The translations under genes were made by a program, and so were the position numbers. Shown here in pieces: positions 25,552 to 32,000 of a stretch of 32,000 nt of DNA; position 1 is the stretch's first letter; every line of letters starts with the position of its first letter. This DNA is from Desulfocapsa sulfexigens DSM 10523 (GTDB taxonomy: Bacteria; Desulfobacterota; Desulfobulbia; Desulfobulbales; Desulfocapsaceae). The stretch is taken from NCBI RefSeq assembly GCF_000341395.1, contig NC_020304.1, forward strand, positions 3,090,001 to 3,122,000, written 5' to 3'. Under the pieces are notes generated by a model. It was not told the DNA's origin. It was given only the letters and a program-made list of their open reading frames with translations, and made no database searches.

Positions 25552-27486
25552 ATGACCTTACAACTTACTATGCAATCCAGTGAATTGTCCAGTGAGGAGT
25601 TAAGCACACTGAAGGCGATGCGTCAGCGCTGTGCGAAAAATATTCTTTTATCTACCAGTCTGGCAGGATCTGGACATCCCGGTGGCTCGCTCTCAACACT
25701 CGACAATCTACTGGTGACTTATGGTTGTATAAAACACGATTCTAAACAGCCTGAGCTGGAGGAACGTGACCGGGTTATTATGAGTATTGGACATGTATCC
25801 CCTGGAGTATACTCAACTCTTGCTGAATATGGGTATTTCACCGAAGAAGATTTCCTTACAGGATTCCGTCGAACTGGATCTGGATTTCCAGGTCATGTGG
25901 AGCGTATTGTTCCCGGTGTCGAATGGGATACTGGGAACCTTGGTCAGGGACTTTCCACAGCCGTTGGATTGGCCCATGGATTTAAAATCCAGAAAAAGAA
26001 CAACCAGGTTATCGTTTTCATGGGGGATGGAGAGCACCAGAAGGGGCAGATTGTTGAAGCAATCCGTTACGCCTCTAAATATAAGCTCGATAATTTAATT
26101 GTCGTTGTTGATAGAAACCATCTTCAGATATGCGGTACCACCGAAGAAGTTATGCCTCAGTCGATTCGTTCTCTCTATTCTACCAATAACTGGGACGTAC
26201 ACTATCTTGAGGATGGTCATGATTGTAACGCCTACTTTCAAACATTTTCACGGGCATATCAGAAGCAGGATGGAGTTCCAACAGTAATTGTGTCACGCAC
26301 CACCATGAGTAAAGGTATCTCTTTTATGGAAAATATCCCTAAATATCATGGCTCACCGCTTGATCGAGAATCTCTTGCAAAGGCAATGGCGGAGCTTGGT
26401 TTTGAAGATGAATTTGACAAGTGGAGTACATTACGTAGGAATCCTGTAGGAACAAAGACGATTCAGCAATACAGGGCGCCTGTTGTATCAGTGAATAAAG
26501 GAGAGCCAATACTCTATGAAGCTGGGACCATGCTTGACAACCGTTCTGCATATGGAAATGCTCTCCTTGGTTTGGCTGAAGCGAATAACAGCGACAATAA
26601 AATGGTTGTTGCCGGTATTTCCTGTGATCTTGAAGGATCTGTAAAAATGGGAGGATTCCACAAACATTCTCCACAAGCCTACATGGAGGCTGGAATTCAG
26701 GAACACCATGCGGCAACCATGGCCGGAGGGCTTTCCAGCCTTGGTCTTGTGACTTTTTTCAGTACTTTTGGAGTGTTTGCGGTATCCGAGGTTTACAACC
26801 AAAATCGACTCAATGATTTCAATCACGCCAGTGTGAAAGTCGTTGCTACCCATGTTGGACTTGATGTTGGTGAGGATGGGCCGACTCATCAGTGTGTTGA
26901 TTATCTAGGATTGTTTCGCAACTATTTCAGATCATCAGTTTTTATGCCTGCTGACCCTAATCAGACAGATCGCATTATTAGATTTATTGCCAAGGAACCT
27001 GGAAATGTGTTTGTTGGTATGGGGCGCTCCAAGACTCCTGTCATAACAAAAGAAGACGGAACGCCGTTTTTTGATACTTCCTATGAATTCCAGGCAGGTA
27101 AGGGTGATTGGATACGTAAAGGAAGCGATGCGACGATTATCACCTATGGTGCTGTGGTACCTGCGGTTATGGAAGCATGGGAAATACTACGTCAGAAGGG
27201 ACATTCCGTTGCAGTTTTAAATATGGGATCTCTGCTTCCAGTTGATAGAGAGGCAGTTCTAACAGCTGCTGACACAGGAGTTGTTTTAACTGTTGAGGAT
27301 CACCATGTTGAGACAGGGCTCGGCAGTATTGTCGGAACTATCCTTGCGGAAGCAGGAATGGGAATACGATTTCAGAGATCCGGTGTCGTTCAGTATGGCG
27401 GATCAGGAAAGCCTGCAGAACTCTATGCCAGTCAGGGACTTGACGGAAAATCAATTGCAACTAAAGTTGAAGGAATGCTTGCCTGA
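25552..27486 (+). CDS. tkt: Transketolase
   Basis: TPP-binding region 'VIVFMGDGEHQKGQIVEAIRYASKYKLDNLIVVVDRN', 'AGSGHPGGSLS', pyrimidine domain 'AGIQEHHAATMAGGLS'. ATG 25552 has GGAG about 6 nt upstream; ATG 25540 is the longest-ORF alternative. Confidence 0.94.
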   Translation: MTLQLTMQSSELSSEELSTLKAMRQRCAKNILLSTSLAGSGHPGGSLSTLDNLLVTYGCIKHDSKQPELEERDRVIMSIGHVSPGVYSTLAEYGYFTEEDFLTGFRRTGSGFPGHVERIVPGVEWDTGNLGQGLSTAVGLAHGFKIQKKNNQVIVFMGDGEHQKGQIVEAIRYASKYKLDNLIVVVDRNHLQICGTTEEVMPQSIRSLYSTNNWDVHYLEDGHDCNAYFQTFSRAYQKQDGVPTVIVSRTTMSKGISFMENIPKYHGSPLDRESLAKAMAELGFEDEFDKWSTLRRNPVGTKTIQQYRAPVVSVNKGEPILYEAGTMLDNRSAYGNALLGLAEANNSDNKMVVAGISCDLEGSVKMGGFHKHSPQAYMEAGIQEHHAATMAGGLSSLGLVTFFSTFGVFAVSEVYNQNRLNDFNHASVKVVATHVGLDVGEDGPTHQCVDYLGLFRNYFRSSVFMPADPNQTDRIIRFIAKEPGNVFVGMGRSKTPVITKEDGTPFFDTSYEFQAGKGDWIRKGSDATIITYGAVVPAVMEAWEILRQKGHSVAVLNMGSLLPVDREAVLTAADTGVVLTVEDHHVETGLGSIVGTILAEAGMGIRFQRSGVVQYGGSGKPAELYASQGLDGKSIATKVEGMLA

Positions 27487-27516
27487 AAATAGCAATTGTA
27501 GAAAGTTTAAAATAAC

Positions 27517-27551
27517 AAAAAAAGGCCGTTCCAGATGGAACGGCCTTTTTT
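27517..27551 (+). terminator. Rho-independent terminator after transketolase
   Basis: AAAAAGGCCGTTCC-AGAT-GGAACGGCCTTTTTT. Confidence 0.93.
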
Positions 27552-27613
27552 GTTACGACGATTGAAAAGATTTCTTGATTACCATCGAAGCTCAGCTTTG
27601 CAACCCGGAGTTG

Positions 27614-27706
27614 TTCCGTGTCGACTTTATGGGACGCCATAAATCCATCCCTGGGGGCTCTGCTGCGGCCGTCCAGGCCGCAGATGCCCATATAATCAAC
27701 ACGAAA
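27614..27706. repeat. Multi-stem palindromic intergenic element, candidate repetitive extragenic palindrome
   Basis: Outer arms TTCCGTGTCGA / TCAACACGAA (imperfect), inner TTTATGG-GACG-CCATAAA (27626-27643) and CTGCGGCC-GTCCA-GGCCGCAG (27663-27683). Confidence 0.6.
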
Positions 27707-27708
27707 CA

Positions 27709-27740
27709 CCCCCTCCTCAGGCGGTAGGCTGAGGAGGGGG
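27709..27740. repeat. 12-bp perfect inverted repeat
   Basis: CCCCCTCCTCAG-GCGGTAGG-CTGAGGAGGGGG. Confidence 0.8.
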
Positions 27741-27763
27741 GGTAAGCAGGAAAAATTTTCTTT

Positions 27764-28294
27764 TTAGTTTGTCTCTTTGGAGAGAATACTCAAGGATTTG
27801 ATATAAATCTTCTCAGAAAGGTCTTCAATGATGGTATCAAGTGCTGCTCGTTCATTGTCTGCGTTACTGGAAGAGTTGGAGCTAACCGGATACTCTTCAC
27901 TCCACACTTCATTTCCAACTTCCATAAGAACTTTACCACTCTCTATATCTTTAAGTATATAGCGTACCGTCAGGAGCACCCTTACTTCGGTAGCATTATT
28001 ACCGATGCCGTATGTAAGACTTGGCAGATCAATGGAGACTATTTCACCGGCCAGAATAAGCTGCGCCCCTTCTTTCTGTTTGGTGACTTGTATACTTCCA
28101 GATTTCTGATACCAGCGGGTAAGAGACTGATAAATTTTGGCATCAAGCAAAAGATCATTTGTGCGATTGTGCCAGTTGGTGATATAGAGATTTCGTTCAG
28201 GCCCGGAATATACGTAGGGGTTGTGGTATCCGCAGGAAGCCAGAATCATACCTGCAACAAGAATAAAGGGGATAAGAAGCTTTTTGATTTTCAA
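27764..28294 (-). CDS. lptE: LPS-assembly lipoprotein LptE family
   Basis: Lipobox 'ILASCGYHNPYVYSGPERNLYITNWHNRT', LptE-like fold pattern, directly downstream of leuS as is common. Confidence 0.82.
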   Translation of the reverse strand: MKIKKLLIPFILVAGMILASCGYHNPYVYSGPERNLYITNWHNRTNDLLLDAKIYQSLTRWYQKSGSIQVTKQKEGAQLILAGEIVSIDLPSLTYGIGNNATEVRVLLTVRYILKDIESGKVLMEVGNEVWSEEYPVSSNSSSNADNERAALDTIIEDLSEKIYIKSLSILSKETN

Positions 28295-28367
28295 TTTTAT
28301 GCTCCATGAAATGTAAATATTTATAAATATAAATGAGATAAGAGGATATTAATAGCAGATGGTATCC

Positions 28368-30872
28368 TCAAATGACAATATTAACAAGTTTCTTCTTTAC
28401 GACAATAACTTTTTTGATTGCCTTGCCATCTATAAATTTCAGGGCGTTCTCATCTTTTAATGCCATTTCTTCTAAGGTCGCATCGTCAATATCAGGTGAA
28501 ACCTGAAGGCGTGACCGAACTTTTCCCATCACCTGGATTACAATAGTAAGTTCTTCTTCCTTAGCGGCGTCTTCATCCCAGGATGGCCATTGTTCATCAT
28601 CAATGAACCTGTCGTTGTGAATAGTGCTCCAGAGTTCTGCACAGAAATGTGGGACCATTGGGCAGAGAAGAATAAGCATACTGTCAACCGCCTCACGGAT
28701 GACAGAACTACCAAGAGCATCCTTCTGCTGGTCACTGCTCAGGGATGACAATGTGTTAAAGAGTTCCATTATTGCGCTTATGGCTGTATTGAAGTGAAAA
28801 TTGTTTTCAATATTACCTGTAACACGTTTGATAGTTTGGTGGGTCTTGCGATGGAGTTCACGTTCTGTGTCGTTGAGATCATTACTTGTAATGACCTCGC
28901 CATTTTTGATCGTATCAAGATGGGCCTGGACAAAGCGAAAGATTCTGTTAAGAAATCGAAAACAGCCTTCAACTCCCTTGGCATTCCATTCAAGATCTTT
29001 TTCGGGAGGAGCAGCGAAAAGGGAAAATAGTCTGGTTGTGTCGGCACCATATTCACTGATTAGATCACTGGGATCAACCACATTGCCTTTGGATTTTGAC
29101 ATCTTTGAACCATCTTTAATTACCATGCCCTGGGTGAGCAAATTGGTAAAGGGCTCATCAATGTTGAGATATCCTAGATCCCGAAGCACCTTTGTAAAGA
29201 AACGTGAGTAAAGAAGATGGAGAATGGCATGCTCAACACCTCCAATGTATTGGTCAACAGGTAACCAATGCGAGGCCTCTGAACTGTTCAGTGGCGATTC
29301 GGTGAATCGTGGACTGGTATAGCGAGCAAAGTACCATGAGGATTCCACAAAAGTATCCATGGTATCTGTTGTTCTTTTGGCCTTGCCATTACATTTTGGA
29401 CAGTTTGTTTCGTAAAAAGCCGGTCTTTGGTGAAGTGGTGCACAATCGTTTTGCTGTGCTCCTCTGTCTTCAGGAAGAGTAACCGGGAGTTCTGCAACGG
29501 GAACAGGCTGAGTACCGCAGATGTCACACTCTACCATGGGGATGGGTGCGCCCCAATAGCGTTGTCTGGAAATACCCCAGTCGCGCAGACGATAGGTAAC
29601 TTTAGCATCCCCTATATTTTCTGATTTTGCAAAATCAATGATTGCCTGTTTGGCCTGTTCAGAGTCACTACCAGTAAAAGATCCGGAATTGGCAAGGACA
29701 CCGCGTCCCGTTATTGCCTCTTCCATCTCCTTTTCTTGGACCAGTGTATCCTCTGGAATGACCACGGGTTTAATGGGAAGGTTGTATTTTTTTGCGAACT
29801 CAAAATCGCGTTGATCGTGGGCTGGGACAGCCATAACAGCACCAGTTCCATAGGCCATAAGAACAAAATTGGCTACAAATATTGGAATCTTGTCACCGTT
29901 AAAGGGATTAATACAGAAACATCCGGTGTCAATTCCTTCCTTTTCAGTGAAATCCTGATTTGATTGCTGCTGTTTTTCTTTAATTATACGTCGTACGAAG
30001 TCGCGCACTTCACCCTCACGGGGATTGTCTTTCAGCAGGGTATCAAGCAAAGGGTGTTCGGGAGCAATGGACATAAAAGTGACGCCGAATATAGTGTCGG
30101 GTCGTGTGGTGAAGATGGAGAGTGTCTCTTTGTTAGCAAATCCATCGACTGGAAAGTCGCACTGGAGTCCAGTAGATTTTCCTATCCAGTTACGCTGCAT
30201 GGTGACAACTTTATCAGGCCAGCCACCGAGTTGATTAAGGCTCTCGAGAAGTTCTTCGGCGTAGTCGGTAATTTTAAAAAACCAGCCATTCATCTCTCTG
30301 GCATCGACCATTTCATCACATCGCCAGCATGCTCCCTCGATGACCTGCTCATTGGCGAGAACGGTATGACAAGATTCGCACCAATTAACGGTGGTGTTTT
30401 TCTGGTAAACCAGTCCTTTTTCGTACATTTCGAGGAAAATCTGCTGTTCCCATTTATAGTACTTGGGATTGCAGGTTGCTATTTCTCGGTCCCAGTCGTA
30501 AGAGAGACCAAGCTGACGCAATTGGTTACGCATATAATCAATATTGTCGTATGTCCAGCGAGCAGGGTGGGTGGCATTTTTTATGGCAGCATTTTCAGCG
30601 GGGAGTCCAAAGGAATCCCATCCCATGGGATGGAGAACATTAAATCCACGAAAGCGTTTATAGCGTGCCACAACATCGCCTATAGAATAGTTGCGTACGT
30701 GGCCCATATGGATGCGACCGGAGGGGTATGGGAACATTTCAAGGACATAGTATTTTTCCCTGTTACTCTCCATGCTCACTCTGTAGGTAGCGTTGTTGAG
30801 CCAGTTATCCTGCCATTTTTTCTCAATGGCTTTGAAATTGTAGGTTATATCCTGGGGTTCTGTTGAAGACAT
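28368..30872 (-). CDS. leuS: Leucyl-tRNA synthetase
   Basis: HIGH-type 'MFPYPSGRIHMGHVRNYSIGDV', editing-domain sequence, 'SKMSKSKGNVVDPSDLI'. Confidence 0.98.
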   Translation of the reverse strand: MSSTEPQDITYNFKAIEKKWQDNWLNNATYRVSMESNREKYYVLEMFPYPSGRIHMGHVRNYSIGDVVARYKRFRGFNVLHPMGWDSFGLPAENAAIKNATHPARWTYDNIDYMRNQLRQLGLSYDWDREIATCNPKYYKWEQQIFLEMYEKGLVYQKNTTVNWCESCHTVLANEQVIEGACWRCDEMVDAREMNGWFFKITDYAEELLESLNQLGGWPDKVVTMQRNWIGKSTGLQCDFPVDGFANKETLSIFTTRPDTIFGVTFMSIAPEHPLLDTLLKDNPREGEVRDFVRRIIKEKQQQSNQDFTEKEGIDTGCFCINPFNGDKIPIFVANFVLMAYGTGAVMAVPAHDQRDFEFAKKYNLPIKPVVIPEDTLVQEKEMEEAITGRGVLANSGSFTGSDSEQAKQAIIDFAKSENIGDAKVTYRLRDWGISRQRYWGAPIPMVECDICGTQPVPVAELPVTLPEDRGAQQNDCAPLHQRPAFYETNCPKCNGKAKRTTDTMDTFVESSWYFARYTSPRFTESPLNSSEASHWLPVDQYIGGVEHAILHLLYSRFFTKVLRDLGYLNIDEPFTNLLTQGMVIKDGSKMSKSKGNVVDPSDLISEYGADTTRLFSLFAAPPEKDLEWNAKGVEGCFRFLNRIFRFVQAHLDTIKNGEVITSNDLNDTERELHRKTHQTIKRVTGNIENNFHFNTAISAIMELFNTLSSLSSDQQKDALGSSVIREAVDSMLILLCPMVPHFCAELWSTIHNDRFIDDEQWPSWDEDAAKEEELTIVIQVMGKVRSRLQVSPDIDDATLEEMALKDENALKFIDGKAIKKVIVVKKKLVNIVI

Positions 30873-30919
30873 ATGAGGGCGGCCTCTTACCGCTAAAAAA
30901 AATACGGTTTTTACAAATA

Positions 30920-31999
30920 TTATTCTGATTGGAATGCGTCGGGTTCATCAAAGGGACTGAGGTTTTCAAACATAGTGTGCTCTTTAATGAATGTCAATTT
31001 GACAGTCCCAGTAGGGCCGTTTCTCTGTTTACCGATGATAATTTCAGCAATACCCTTGTTGGGATTATCCTCTCCTTTGTTGTATACTTCATCCCGATAG
31101 ATAAAGCAGATGACGTCAGCATCCTGTTCAATGGCCCCAGATTCACGAAGGTCAGACATCATGGGACGTTTGTCAGGACGACTTTCCAGGCTACGATTTA
31201 ACTGGGAGAGAGCAATAACCGGCACCTTCAGTTCTTTGGCCATGGCTTTGAGCGACCTTGAGATTTCACTGATTTCCTGGGTGCGGTTTTCGCTTGAGTT
31301 TCTGCCTCGCATTAACTGGAGGTAATCAACTATGATCAGGCCGAGTGGATACTGGGCAGCAAGACGTCGTACTTTTGCCCGCATCTCAAGAACGGAGATG
31401 GCTGGGGTGTCATCTATGTAAATGGGTGCTTCTGTGAGCATACCGACCGCACGGGTCAGTTTTGGCCAGTCTTCATTTTGCAGCCTTCCCGTACGGACGC
31501 GCTGGGAATCAACAGGACCTGTTGAACAGAGAAGGCGCATGGTAAGTTGTTCTTTTGACATTTCAAGGCTGAATACTGCGGTACCTATTTTCTGGAAGAT
31601 GGCTGCATTTTGAGCAATATTCATGGCGAAGGCAGTTTTGCCCATGGAAGGCCGGCCAGCCAGGATAATTAGATCAGATGGTTGTAGGCCGGCGGTCATC
31701 CTGTCAAGGTCAGGAAAGCCGGTGGGGACGCCAGTGATCTGTTCTTTCCTGCTGTAAAGCAATTCTACAGTCTTAAAGGCTTCTGGAACGATGTTTTTCA
31801 GGGGAGTAAAACTTTTGTCTGATTTACTCCTGGCAATCTCGAAAATAGCCTGTTCCGCCTCGTCAACAAGAGTATCTATATCACCCTGTTCCTCATAACA
31901 GCGACTGGCAATGTCGGTATTTACAGAGATCAGGTTCCTGAGGACTGCTTTTTGACGAATAATTTTTGCGTAGTAAAGAAGATTTGCCGTAACTGGCAC
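30920..31999 (-). CDS. dnaB: Replicative DNA helicase, truncated at its 5' end by the window edge
   Basis: 'GVPTGFPDLDRMTAGLQPSDLIILAGRPSMGKTAFAMNIAQNAA', 'LGLIIVDYLQLMRG', 'DLRESGAIEQDADVICFIYRDEVY'. Confidence 0.96.
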   Translation of the reverse strand: MPVTANLLYYAKIIRQKAVLRNLISVNTDIASRCYEEQGDIDTLVDEAEQAIFEIARSKSDKSFTPLKNIVPEAFKTVELLYSRKEQITGVPTGFPDLDRMTAGLQPSDLIILAGRPSMGKTAFAMNIAQNAAIFQKIGTAVFSLEMSKEQLTMRLLCSTGPVDSQRVRTGRLQNEDWPKLTRAVGMLTEAPIYIDDTPAISVLEMRAKVRRLAAQYPLGLIIVDYLQLMRGRNSSENRTQEISEISRSLKAMAKELKVPVIALSQLNRSLESRPDKRPMMSDLRESGAIEQDADVICFIYRDEVYNKGEDNPNKGIAEIIIGKQRNGPTGTVKLTFIKEHTMFENLSPFDEPDAFQSE

Positions 32000-32000
32000 A

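Noticed and set aside
27461-27709. 82-aa minus-strand ORF
   Set aside because: Spans the transketolase terminator and the palindromic element; likely non-coding repeat sequence read as an ORF.
29964-30866. 300-aa plus-strand ORF
   Set aside because: Entirely antisense to leuS, whose protein is unambiguous; translated product shows no recognisable family.

Overview
Mostly chromosomal backbone of an anaerobic Desulfobacterota-like, possibly Desulfobulbales, bacterium; the lineage is inferred from gene content only. Supported content: a probable lon 3' end, tRNA-Val(UAC), tRNA-Asp(GUC), a LysR regulator, a cobalamin-dependent methionine synthase split into two overlapping ORFs, a BFD-like [2Fe-2S] protein, uvrC, a cobalamin riboswitch with an intrinsic terminator ahead of a ThiC-family gene (best candidate: bzaF), ettA, a histidine kinase/NtrC-type response regulator pair with a small Cys-rich partner, a TorD chaperone/molybdopterin oxidoreductase/Fe-S subunit operon without a visible membrane anchor, a PAS-sigma54 activator, a DusB-type enzyme, transketolase, lptE, leuS and a truncated dnaB. 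The least explained segment is ~21.6-22.75 kb. It holds two small secreted proteins, one built from 25-aa tandem repeats (DYDPCGWNVE, four copies), preceded by a 22-bp-spaced pair of GCAA...TTGC sites and followed by a nested hairpin terminator. A multi-stem palindromic intergenic element lies at ~27.6-27.74 kb. I saw no CRISPR array, transposase, phage genes or recognisable defence system. No single locus proves a new system; the repeat-protein locus and the riboswitch/ThiC-paralog unit are the best leads.
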